Below the pieces are notes generated by a model. The model had not been told where the DNA came from, did no database searches, and saw only the letters and a program-made list of their open reading frames with translations. A stretch of 32,000 bases of DNA, taken from Erysipelotrichaceae bacterium OH741_COT-311. GTDB lineage: Bacteria > Bacillota_I > Bacilli_A > Erysipelotrichales > Erysipelotrichaceae. Below, piece by piece: positions 7,796 to 16,343 of this stretch; position 1 is the stretch's first letter, and each line of letters starts with the position of its first letter. The stretch lies in the NCBI GenBank assembly GCA_003858585.1, contig RQZE01000002.1, positions 140,227 to 172,226 on the forward strand. Reading direction: 5' to 3'. Both the position numbers and the translations under genes were made by a program.

Positions 7796-9493
7796 ATGAA
7801 AAAAATAATTATTCTTATTCTAAGTTTCAGTTTTTTATTCGGATGTAGTAAATCCAAAATAACTCCAACCTCTATTCATGAGGAAACAATGTCATTCAAT
7901 GAATTTTTGGATGAAGAATTAAATCAATATATTTATGCTGATAATATGTCTTATCAAAGATACTACGTCAATACGTTTGATTATCACGATGTTGTAAAAA
8001 AACCTCGCTTTGCAAAACCGATGACAATAGAAGATTATCAAAAAAGTTATGAAACATTACTTCAATATAATCGAGATGACTTAAATACATATCAACAGGC
8101 TAGCTATGATGCTTATGCATTTTATCTGAAGAATAAAATAGAACAATCAAAGTATCCCTATTTTACCTTTGCTTTTCAACCATCGGAAAAAGGGGTTACA
8201 TATACTGTTTTTGAAAATTTAGCATTTTATCGTTTCGATAATGTTGAAGAATTCCGTCAATACTTAGCACTTTTTGATGAAGTAGAAGCTTATTTTCAAG
8301 AAGGATTAGAATTTAGTAAGAAACAAAAAGAAGTAGGTTATATCATGCCTACCATTGTGTATGAAGAGGCTATTAGTTTTCTTGATTTATTTTTAAATGA
8401 AACTTATCTTGATGTATATAATAATTTTGATTATAATGTTGAATATATCTTTGTTTCAGATGATGCAAAGCAAGAATTGGTTAAGGAATTTAATGCTAAA
8501 GTTGAAACATTGATTGATCAAGTGAAAGCTTTAAAAGAAGAGCTTTTACAATTAAAAGAAGAAAATGTTCCTTATAAAAGTATTGTGGAGTATCCACATG
8601 GTAAAGAGTATGCGAGAAGTTTGATTCAATTCAATGCCAGTGGGGAAGTGGATCCGGATGAACTTTATCAAACATTAGTAACGTTTTTAGATGACCAGTT
8701 TCAAAAGCACTATGATTTGTTGTATGGGGATGCCTATAATGAATTTTATGAATTTGATATTGATATGAGTTTAGAAGAAATTATGAATCATTTAAAAGCG
8801 AACTATACCCGTATCTTGCCGGAAGTAAAAGATCTAAATTATGATATTAGTTACTTTGAAGAGTGGGAAGAATCATACTTAGATGGTTATTTTCTTCCAG
8901 GGTATTTAGATAGTCCAAATGCAAATGTGATTAAAATTAATGAAAAAAATGTGGATTCAAATATTGATTTATATTCTGTTTTAGCTCATGAGGCATTACC
9001 CGGTCATATGTATGAATATAGTTTTTCAAATACCTATGGAAAGCATCCTATTCATTATGCATTTCGTATGATGGCTTATAGTGAAGGCTGGGCGATGTTT
9101 TCAGAAATTTTAGCATTGGAATGGTTGGAGATGAATCCGGAAGTACGTGATTTAATTCGTTACTATATTTTCTATGATTATGTAACAGGGGCACTTTTAG
9201 ATTTGCAAGTAAACTACTATAATATGTCTTTTGAAGAAATAAAAGCTTTTTATAGTAAATATGAAACGATAAGTGATGAAGATATAGAACTTATGATTGA
9301 AGGAGCTTATAAAGAACCGTTTGGCTATATATCATATGGGTATGGTTTGTATTATTTTTACACACAAAGTGTGAATGCGATGGATGAAAATAACCTTAGT
9401 TTACAAGAATTTTTACAAGTTGTATTAAGTAGTGGTGAGCGTCCATTGATAGCAGTGAGCCAAGATATTGAAAAGTATATGAAAAATAAATAA
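7796..9493 (+). CDS. DUF885-family lipoprotein, paralog 2
   Basis: Signal peptide MKKIIILILSFSFLFGC. Motif LAHEALPGHMYE (8987-9007) followed by YSEGWAM. Collinear with paralog 1 but strongly diverged. The start is ambiguous: the ATG at 7796 has no SD, and the TTG at 7778 has AAAGGA 8 nt upstream. Confidence 0.75.
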   Translation: MKKIIILILSFSFLFGCSKSKITPTSIHEETMSFNEFLDEELNQYIYADNMSYQRYYVNTFDYHDVVKKPRFAKPMTIEDYQKSYETLLQYNRDDLNTYQQASYDAYAFYLKNKIEQSKYPYFTFAFQPSEKGVTYTVFENLAFYRFDNVEEFRQYLALFDEVEAYFQEGLEFSKKQKEVGYIMPTIVYEEAISFLDLFLNETYLDVYNNFDYNVEYIFVSDDAKQELVKEFNAKVETLIDQVKALKEELLQLKEENVPYKSIVEYPHGKEYARSLIQFNASGEVDPDELYQTLVTFLDDQFQKHYDLLYGDAYNEFYEFDIDMSLEEIMNHLKANYTRILPEVKDLNYDISYFEEWEESYLDGYFLPGYLDSPNANVIKINEKNVDSNIDLYSVLAHEALPGHMYEYSFSNTYGKHPIHYAFRMMAYSEGWAMFSEILALEWLEMNPEVRDLIRYYIFYDYVTGALLDLQVNYYNMSFEEIKAFYSKYETISDEDIELMIEGAYKEPFGYISYGYGLYYFYTQSVNAMDENNLSLQEFLQVVLSSGERPLIAVSQDIEKYMKNK

Positions 9494-9559
9494 TATTGCT
9501 TGTATAAAAAAGTAATTTTGGATACGATTTTCTTACCGTATAGGTAAGGAGGAAGAAGT

Positions 9560-10897
9560 ATGAGTAAAATCATTGTTGTAGGTGCAAACCATGCAGGTAC
9601 AGCCTGTATTAATACCATGTTGGATCACTATCCGGGGGCAAATGAAGTGGTGGTGTATGACCGAAATTCAAACATTTCGTTTTTAGGATGTGGCATGGCG
9701 CTGTGGATTGGTCGTCAAATTGAAAGCGGTGATGGATTATTTTACGCAAATCCTGAGATCTTAGAAAAAAAAGGTGCTAAGATTTTTATGGAACATGAAG
9801 TTGTTAAGGTGGACTATAATAGTAAAAAAGTAACGGTCAAGAATTTAAAAACAAATGAAGTGTTTGAAGATAGCTATGATAAATTAGTGTTAGCTACAGG
9901 TTCAACACCAATCATTCCTAATATTCCGGGTATTCATTTAAAAAATGTACAATTAGTTAAATTGTATCAAAATGCACAGGAAGTTATTGAAAAGCTAAAC
10001 CAACCAGATATTAAAAAAGTTGCGGTTGTTGGAGCGGGGTATATAGGAGTAGAATTAGCAGAAGCATTTGAACGTTGCGGTAAAGAAGTTACTATGATAG
10101 ATTTAGCACCAAGACCATTGGCTAGCTATTATGATCCGGAATTTAGTCAGTTAATGGAAGATAATTTAGCGAAACATGGTATTAAACAAGTTTATGGACA
10201 AAGTGTAAAAGAAATGAAAGGTAGCGATAAGGTAGAAGCGATTGTTACCGATCATGAAACAATGGAAACAGATATGGTTATCCTATGTATCGGTTTTAGA
10301 CCAAACAATATCCTGAGTGAAGGTTTGGAAACGTTTAAAAATGGTGCCATCAGTGTTGATTTACATCAAGAAACAAGTGTAAAAGATGTATATGCGATTG
10401 GAGATTGTGCGACAGTGTTTGACAATGCCACACAACAAAAACAATATATTGCTCTTGCAACAAATGCTGTGCGTTCCGGGATAGTTGCCGGTCATAATGT
10501 ATGTGGTACGACTTTGGCATCTATTGGAGTACAAGGTTCAAATGGTATTAATATCTATGAATTAAAGATGGTTTCAACAGGTATTTGTGAAACAAAAGCA
10601 AAGCAATTAGGTCTTAATATCAAAACAACAACGTTTGAGGATTTACAAAAACCGGAATTTATGAAGCATGACAATCATAAAGTCTTAATTAAAATTGTAT
10701 ATGATGCTGAAACAAGAGTTATTTTAGGGGCACAAATTGCAAGTGAGCATGATGTGTCTATGGCAATACATATGTTCTCATTAGCAATTCAAGAGAAGGT
10801 AACGATTGATCGTTTGGCATTAACTGACATCTTCTTCTTGCCACATTTTAATAAGCCATATAATTACATTACAATGGCAGCTTTAACAGCAAAATAA
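9560..10897 (+). CDS. nox: H2O-forming NADH oxidase (pyridine nucleotide-disulfide oxidoreductase, Cys42 type)
   Basis: N-terminus [21 protein letters not shown] and the redox-Cys motif [14 protein letters not shown] closely resemble streptococcal and enterococcal Nox. Second dinucleotide fold [15 protein letters not shown]. 445 aa. AAGGAGG SD. Confidence 0.9.
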   Translation: MSKIIVVGANHAGTACINTMLDHYPGANEVVVYDRNSNISFLGCGMALWIGRQIESGDGLFYANPEILEKKGAKIFMEHEVVKVDYNSKKVTVKNLKTNEVFEDSYDKLVLATGSTPIIPNIPGIHLKNVQLVKLYQNAQEVIEKLNQPDIKKVAVVGAGYIGVELAEAFERCGKEVTMIDLAPRPLASYYDPEFSQLMEDNLAKHGIKQVYGQSVKEMKGSDKVEAIVTDHETMETDMVILCIGFRPNNILSEGLETFKNGAISVDLHQETSVKDVYAIGDCATVFDNATQQKQYIALATNAVRSGIVAGHNVCGTTLASIGVQGSNGINIYELKMVSTGICETKAKQLGLNIKTTTFEDLQKPEFMKHDNHKVLIKIVYDAETRVILGAQIASEHDVSMAIHMFSLAIQEKVTIDRLALTDIFFLPHFNKPYNYITMAALTAK

Positions 10898-10924
10898 ACT
10901 ATCACGATTGTGATAGTTTTTTTA
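10898..10924 (+). terminator. Intrinsic terminator after nox
   Basis: ACTATCAC-gatt-GTGATAGT hairpin followed by TTTTTTT. Confidence 0.7.
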
Positions 10925-10976
10925 ATCTTCATCACATCTTCATACCAACGTGATACACTTTTAATGGGGTGATTTT

Positions 10977-11654
10977 ATGTATCGAGTATTATTTATGGAA
11001 GATGAACCAATTATTCGTGAAGTATTGGTAGAGTATATGGAAATAGCGGGCTATAGCGTTTTTGTAGCAACCGACGGGGAAGAAGCCATGCGTCTTGTTG
11101 ATCATGAAAATCTTGATTTAGCTATTTTAGATATTATGGTTCCCAAATACAATGGCTTTGAAGTTTTAAACTACATTCGTTTAAGTCATAATAAACACAT
11201 CGGTGTTTTAATGTTGAGTGCTTTAGATGATGTCAATAGTCAAGTGCATGCGTTTAATGATACAGCGGATGATTATATTATAAAGCCGGTATCTCCTATT
11301 ATTTTATTAAAGCGTATGGAAACATTGCTTCGACGTGTAAAATCTCAAATATCATGGCAAGAAGGCTTAAAGATTGATCATGAGGGTTACCGTGCATTAT
11401 ATAATGGAATACCTTTAAAATTAACGTTAAGTGAATTTTTATTATTACAAGTCTTATATCAAAGTCCTCATCGTGTGTTTTCAAGAGAACAATTGATTTT
11501 AAATATTTTTAATGAAGATTATATTGGAAATGATCGAATTATTGATGCACATATTAAAAACTTACGTAAGAAATTGCCATTTAACTGTATTAAAACAATT
11601 GTAGGAGTGGGTTATCAATTTCAAAAGGAGGAAGCATATGAAGTTAAAAAGTAA
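10977..11654 (+). CDS. OmpR/PhoB-family response regulator
   Basis: Receiver domain (EDE acidic pocket, phospho-acceptor Asp in LAILDIMVP, conserved Lys in IIKPV) plus a winged-helix trans_reg_C region (LTLSEFLLLQVLYQSP...VFSREQL...IDAHIKNLRKKL...VGVGYQF). Confidence 0.9.
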   Translation: MYRVLFMEDEPIIREVLVEYMEIAGYSVFVATDGEEAMRLVDHENLDLAILDIMVPKYNGFEVLNYIRLSHNKHIGVLMLSALDDVNSQVHAFNDTADDYIIKPVSPIILLKRMETLLRRVKSQISWQEGLKIDHEGYRALYNGIPLKLTLSEFLLLQVLYQSPHRVFSREQLILNIFNEDYIGNDRIIDAHIKNLRKKLPFNCIKTIVGVGYQFQKEEAYEVKK

Positions 11655-13188
11655 GATGCTTCTATTTAATGTTATATTATCTTTATTAGTGGTTAGTATC
11701 ATTGTATTGTATTTTTTATATATGATTCCATCTTTATATGTCGAAAATCGTAAGCAGGATTTATTAAACGAAGCTTATCAAAATCATGTTAAGTTTTTAA
11801 AATCAGAAGACTATCTCGATCAAAATACAGATTTAATTTATAATTTTAGCTTAAAGATTTATAAGGATAGTTATACGTTACATGGGTATAGTACTTTTTT
11901 GAATTTTACTTATGAGATTGAAGAGCCAGAAATTAGAAAACAAATTGATGTATTAAGAGAGAAAATGTTGGATGAAGAGTTTATGAAACAGGATAATCAA
12001 ATGTTTTGGGAAAATTGGTCAAAGACAGTATCTGAAAGGATAAATATTCCAATAAAAAACTTGAACTATACATTTGATCCCTATTCAAAATTATCGAAAG
12101 CCCAATCGTATTCCTACTCTTTTTATCGTTATCATGAAGATACCATTTTAATTCGTCTTCTAGCTAACGATAATAAAAATAGTTATTTAGCACATTATGT
12201 CATTACGTATCGTGATGATTATCTTGCCTTAACCATTCATAATGGTATAACACCTAAGATTACGGATGTTTATAATACGTTATGGCAGGCTCTTCCTGTT
12301 ATTGTTTTGGTATTGCTGGTAGTGTTAATTTGTTTTGCTCAAGTGTTTAGTTATGCGATGGTACATCCAATTACCGTTCTTTCCGATGCCATTAAACGCT
12401 TAAAGAAGCTATCATTAGAACATATTCAACCAATCCAGATAAATCGTAACGATGAAATAGGATTATTAACAAAAGAGTTAAATGAATTATATGCCAAATT
12501 GCGTGAAAATCATGAGAAAGAAAAATTGCATGCAAAGAAACAAGAAGTCTTTTTACTTGGTAGTTCTCATCAATTAAAGACACCTATTCAATCAGCGATG
12601 TTACTTGTAGAGGGAATGATAAATAAGGTAGGGCGTTATCAAGATCGTGATGTCTATTTAGTGAAAGTGAAAGAACAGTTAAAGTTGTTGCGTAATATGA
12701 TTGATGAAATATTAAATTTAAGTCGTTATGGTAATGACTATGATACTTGTAATATACATCTAAACTCTTTTATCAATACCATTGTCCATCACCATCAGCT
12801 TGTTATTGAAAATAAACAGTTAACGATGGAACTGGTAGGAAATCATTGTTTAGTAAGCAATGAAGAGATTTTATATAAGATACTGGATAATCTTATTAGT
12901 AATGCCATTAGTTATACCGATGAAAAGGGAACAATAAGCATAAGAATTACCAATCAATATGTACGTATTGAAAATGGTCCGGCTGTTATTGAAGAGGAGT
13001 TGTTGGAAACGATTTTAGAACCTTTTGTTACAAGTTTGAAAGGAAATAGTGGTAAGGGGTTAGGTTTATATGTCGTAGATTACTTTACCAAGTTACTAGG
13101 CTATCAGTTTCATATCGAAAATCAGAATCAGAATGTTGTGGTAACACTTTATTATGATGTACAAACAACCTGCATAGAATCTTCATAA
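11638..13188 (+). CDS. Sensor histidine kinase with a ~190-aa extracytoplasmic domain
   Basis: Two TM segments (aa ~8-30 and ~218-240) and a HAMP-like linker. H-box SSHQLKTPIQ, N-box LISNAISYT, G-box GKGLGLYVV. Its start overlaps the regulator gene by 17 nt. Confidence 0.9.
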   Translation: MKLKSKMLLFNVILSLLVVSIIVLYFLYMIPSLYVENRKQDLLNEAYQNHVKFLKSEDYLDQNTDLIYNFSLKIYKDSYTLHGYSTFLNFTYEIEEPEIRKQIDVLREKMLDEEFMKQDNQMFWENWSKTVSERINIPIKNLNYTFDPYSKLSKAQSYSYSFYRYHEDTILIRLLANDNKNSYLAHYVITYRDDYLALTIHNGITPKITDVYNTLWQALPVIVLVLLVVLICFAQVFSYAMVHPITVLSDAIKRLKKLSLEHIQPIQINRNDEIGLLTKELNELYAKLRENHEKEKLHAKKQEVFLLGSSHQLKTPIQSAMLLVEGMINKVGRYQDRDVYLVKVKEQLKLLRNMIDEILNLSRYGNDYDTCNIHLNSFINTIVHHHQLVIENKQLTMELVGNHCLVSNEEILYKILDNLISNAISYTDEKGTISIRITNQYVRIENGPAVIEEELLETILEPFVTSLKGNSGKGLGLYVVDYFTKLLGYQFHIENQNQNVVVTLYYDVQTTCIESS

Positions 13189-13236
13189 AGAATTCATATC
13201 GTTTTTTTACAATATAGGCATAAGGAGATATAAAAT

Positions 13237-14109
13237 ATGATTGAATTAAAGAATCTGGAAGTATTTTATAAGGATTTTAAAGCATTAAGCATTTTAGAAA
13301 CAATACGTATTCAGCAAGGAGAAAAGGTAGGTATCATTGGTTCAAATGGTGCCGGGAAAACAACTTTAATTAAAGCGATTCTTGGTTTAGCTTATTATGA
13401 AGGAATGATTCAGTTAGATGTATTACAGGAATCAATTGCCATCCATATGCAACAAAATGAATATAGTAGTATTGTATCTGTAAAGGTAGTTATGGAAGCT
13501 ATTTTAGGGTGTTCTTTAAAGCAACATAAAGTAGCCAATGAATTGATTGATTATTTTGATTTTAGAGGTTGTTTGCATAAGAAGTTTAAACATTTATCTG
13601 GTGGTCAAAAACAACGTTTAACATTGATTTTAGTTATGTGTCAAAATGCACCAATCACAATCTTTGATGAAGTAACTTCAGGTCTTGACTTTGAAACAAG
13701 ACAACGTTTAATGGAAAAAGTAAGTGAGTATTATCGTGATCGTCAACAAACCGTTTTATTAGTCTCTCATTATTATCAAGAATTAGAGTATTTAGTAGAT
13801 AAGATTTTAATTCTTGAAAAAGGACAGTTTGTGGATTATGGAGACAAAGAGACGTTGTTTAAAAAGTATTGTGGCAATACAGTGTATATCATGAATCGTC
13901 AAAAAGAGTTAAGTTTTTTAAAAGGATTTAAAGAGATTGTGGCACCTGATCACTTAGTTGCGATTAGTTGTAGTAATCAAGAGGAAGAATTAGCGTTAAC
14001 GAAACTTTTAGTAGAGCATAATGTGGATTATAAACGTAGTATCAGTGATATAGAAATTATGTCTTTAAATGCGAAGCATGTGGCATTCAACAAGGAGGTA
14101 AAGGCATGA
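13237..14109 (+). CDS. ABC transporter ATP-binding protein
   Basis: Walker A GSNGAGKTT, signature LSGGQKQRL, Walker B ITIFDEVTSGLD, H-loop LLVSHY. AAGGAG SD. Confidence 0.9.
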   Translation: MIELKNLEVFYKDFKALSILETIRIQQGEKVGIIGSNGAGKTTLIKAILGLAYYEGMIQLDVLQESIAIHMQQNEYSSIVSVKVVMEAILGCSLKQHKVANELIDYFDFRGCLHKKFKHLSGGQKQRLTLILVMCQNAPITIFDEVTSGLDFETRQRLMEKVSEYYRDRQQTVLLVSHYYQELEYLVDKILILEKGQFVDYGDKETLFKKYCGNTVYIMNRQKELSFLKGFKEIVAPDHLVAISCSNQEEELALTKLLVEHNVDYKRSISDIEIMSLNAKHVAFNKEVKA

Positions 14110-14888
14110 AGAAAACATTCAATGTGCAATTTTTCTATTATGAATTAATGAATAATGTGTTAAATGGATTTTCAATGTTCTTTGGAATTGCATTTCCAAT
14201 GATTTTATCGTTTATTATCAGCATACAAATTAAAAGTTCCGTACCACAGTCTATGATGAAAGATACACTTACTTCCGTTGCAATAGGGTTTTCTTTGATT
14301 ATTCCATTGGCAACCGGGTTTATTGGTTATACGGCTAATTATGCTACGGAGTTAGAGAGTCATATTCCAGATCGTTTGTATCTATTTGGATTTTCGCAAA
14401 CTACGTTATTGGTGTATAAAATCTTAGCGGCATTGGTATTTTTAACATCAGGGTTAATTATATTTGCCATATTTGAATACATTGCATTAGGGATTGCTTT
14501 ACCATCATTAAAAGGGTTCTTAGTTATGATTGTTATTTATTATGTCTTTTCAATTATTATGCTTGTATTTGCACATGGCATTTCTAATCTAGTGCGTAAG
14601 TTTGGTTTAGCTTATGCGATTACAATGGTATTCTATTTTGGATTTATGATTTTAAGTGGCATGATGGGGATTTCTGTTCATGCATTACCTAATGCTCTTC
14701 AGATTGTTAGTAAGATGCTTCCAACAAGATATTTTGTGGAAGATCGTATCTTAGATTTATATAAGGGTCTTGATTATAATTTGGCTCCATTATTACAATC
14801 ATTATTGCTGTGGGCCGCCATTGCTGTATTGGTATTGTGGATTTCTTACTATTATCATGGTCGTAAAAAGTCAGAAAGCTATAAGTGA
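14106..14888 (+). CDS. ABC-2 type transporter permease
   Basis: 260 aa with about 6 TM segments. The ATGA start/stop overlap with the ATPase gene suggests translational coupling. AAGGAGG SD. Confidence 0.75.
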   Translation: MKKTFNVQFFYYELMNNVLNGFSMFFGIAFPMILSFIISIQIKSSVPQSMMKDTLTSVAIGFSLIIPLATGFIGYTANYATELESHIPDRLYLFGFSQTTLLVYKILAALVFLTSGLIIFAIFEYIALGIALPSLKGFLVMIVIYYVFSIIMLVFAHGISNLVRKFGLAYAITMVFYFGFMILSGMMGISVHALPNALQIVSKMLPTRYFVEDRILDLYKGLDYNLAPLLQSLLLWAAIAVLVLWISYYYHGRKKSESYK

Positions 14889-14903
14889 TTTATAGCTTTT
14901 TTT
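14877..14903 (+). terminator. Intrinsic terminator overlapping the permease stop codon
   Basis: AGCTATAA-gtgat-TTATAGCT hairpin followed by a T-run (14897-14903). Confidence 0.6.
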
Positions 14904-14940
14904 AAAATTATCTTTTACAATAGTTACAAGTGGGGTTATT

Positions 14941-16221
14941 ATGAAGACATTTATAACGGTATTGTTGCTTTGTTTTCTAGTTGGATGTCAACCGACGTGT
15001 AAGTTAGATGGCAACCAAGCATGTAAAGACAAAGAGACAGGGAAATTTCAAATTGAAGAAGAGGCTTCATTAGTGGTGGCAGTGGAAAATGAAGCATATG
15101 GTCAAAGGCTTGTGGAGTTGTGGGACAAGACTTATCCAAAACATCAAGGTCTTTTAAACTATGTAGTATATCAAAACTTTGATTATCAAGAATTTCAAGA
15201 TATCTATGCGGATGTTGTTTTATTATGGGATAGTTATGCAGTGCGTATGCAAGATTACTTACTGGATTTACAGGTAGATGGTTTTAAGGATCATTTAGCA
15301 AGTAATTTTATGTTTCCAACAAAAGAAATAACCTACTTACCAATTAGTGCTGTAGGCAGCTTTTTTAGTACGAATATATCCATGTTAGAAACTATGGGGT
15401 ATGATGTTGTTGATGAAAATCAAGATGGTCTTGTGGATGCTTTTGATACCTTTGAAGAGATTGCCGGTATGGATGTAAGTAAACAAGAAGGTAACCAACA
15501 ACCTTTACTTAAAATGCCTCTTTATTTAGATGATTTTTTTACAAGCTTTGTCTTTACAACCAATGGTTTTTCGTTTAATCATGATTTAAAAGAGTATGGA
15601 TTTACAACTTCGGAGTTTAAAGCAAGTTTACAGGCGATACAACAGCTTAATACGATGTTTGAAGAAACGGAATTCTTGTATGAAGATTATCTTAGTAAAG
15701 AAGTGAGTCCATTTAGTTTGGTTACTACATGGATGTATTATCAACAATATCAAGATATTAATGGGGTTGATTTTCGTTTCAGTGCATTTCCAACTTTAAA
15801 TGGTAAGCATTTTACACCTTTAGCTCATTCTAAGGGATATAGTGTAAATACGCTAACGAAGTATCCTAGTGCAGCTTTTGCTCTTATTGAACTTATGTTT
15901 TCGCAAGAGGGTTTAAATTTATATATAAAGCATACGGATTCAATCTTATTGTATAATCATCTTCATGAAGATCCTTATGCATTAACGTTTAAAAACGAAG
16001 ATCAACTTGCGATTTCAAAAGCTTTTTTAAGTAGTATGATGGAAGATTATCGTCGTTATGAAAGGGCGGATGTTCAAGTGTTTGAATTTGTAAAAGAACC
16101 AGCTTATTTAGATGTATACAAAAAAGTGTTTCGACAAGAGATGGGTGTGGAAGAGGCTGTTGAAGAAATGAATAGATTATATGCTGAATTTTACAATCGT
16201 TTTCAGCAGGTTGAAAAATGA
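14941..16221 (+). CDS. Extracellular solute-binding lipoprotein (family 1, MalE/MalX-like), orphan with no adjacent permease genes
   Basis: Signal peptide MKTFITVLLLCFLVGC (lipobox LVGC). The layout resembles sugar-binding proteins: an ADVVLLWDSY segment, ISAVGSFFSTNISML, and FPTLNGKHF (compare MalX IPTLPNGK). The substrate assignment is weak. Confidence 0.55.
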   Translation: MKTFITVLLLCFLVGCQPTCKLDGNQACKDKETGKFQIEEEASLVVAVENEAYGQRLVELWDKTYPKHQGLLNYVVYQNFDYQEFQDIYADVVLLWDSYAVRMQDYLLDLQVDGFKDHLASNFMFPTKEITYLPISAVGSFFSTNISMLETMGYDVVDENQDGLVDAFDTFEEIAGMDVSKQEGNQQPLLKMPLYLDDFFTSFVFTTNGFSFNHDLKEYGFTTSEFKASLQAIQQLNTMFEETEFLYEDYLSKEVSPFSLVTTWMYYQQYQDINGVDFRFSAFPTLNGKHFTPLAHSKGYSVNTLTKYPSAAFALIELMFSQEGLNLYIKHTDSILLYNHLHEDPYALTFKNEDQLAISKAFLSSMMEDYRRYERADVQVFEFVKEPAYLDVYKKVFRQEMGVEEAVEEMNRLYAEFYNRFQQVEK

Positions 16222-16223
16222 TT

Positions 16224-16251
16224 AAGAGGGTTCTTTTTAGAATCCTTTTTT
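16224..16251 (+). terminator. Intrinsic terminator after the binding-protein gene
   Basis: AGGGTTCT-tttt-AGAATCCT hairpin (one G:U pair) followed by TTTTTT. Confidence 0.55.
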
Positions 16252-16307
16252 ATTTTATGAAATAAAGGAGTAATTCAGTAAAATATTATAATTTTAACAA
16301 ATAAAAA

Positions 16308-16316
16308 TGCTATAAT
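16308..16316 (+). promoter_or_regulatory. Extended -10 element (TGcTATAAT), candidate glgC promoter
   Basis: TGCTATAAT at 16308-16316, 27 nt upstream of the glgC ATG. The -35 is poor. Confidence 0.45.
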
Positions 16317-16343
16317 GAAAGTATAAAAAAGGAGATATTTATC

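Noticed and set aside
9532-9548. Small hairpin CTTACC-gtata-GGTAAG partly covering the nox SD
   Set aside because: The stem is only 6 bp, mostly A/T pairs, and so probably of low stability. I recognised no Rex box (TTGTGAAnnnnTTCACAA) or other operator nearby. I consider it too weak to call a regulatory element.
9358-9618. 86-aa minus-strand ORF bridging the end of DUF885 paralog 2 and the start of nox
   Set aside because: It overlaps two strongly supported plus-strand genes and their intergenic control region. It has no SD and no recognisable motif.
13189-13236. Possible terminator or promoter between the histidine kinase and the ABC ATPase gene
   Set aside because: It has only a GAATTC-centred imperfect repeat with mismatches and no stable hairpin. 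The genes are treated as co-transcribed.
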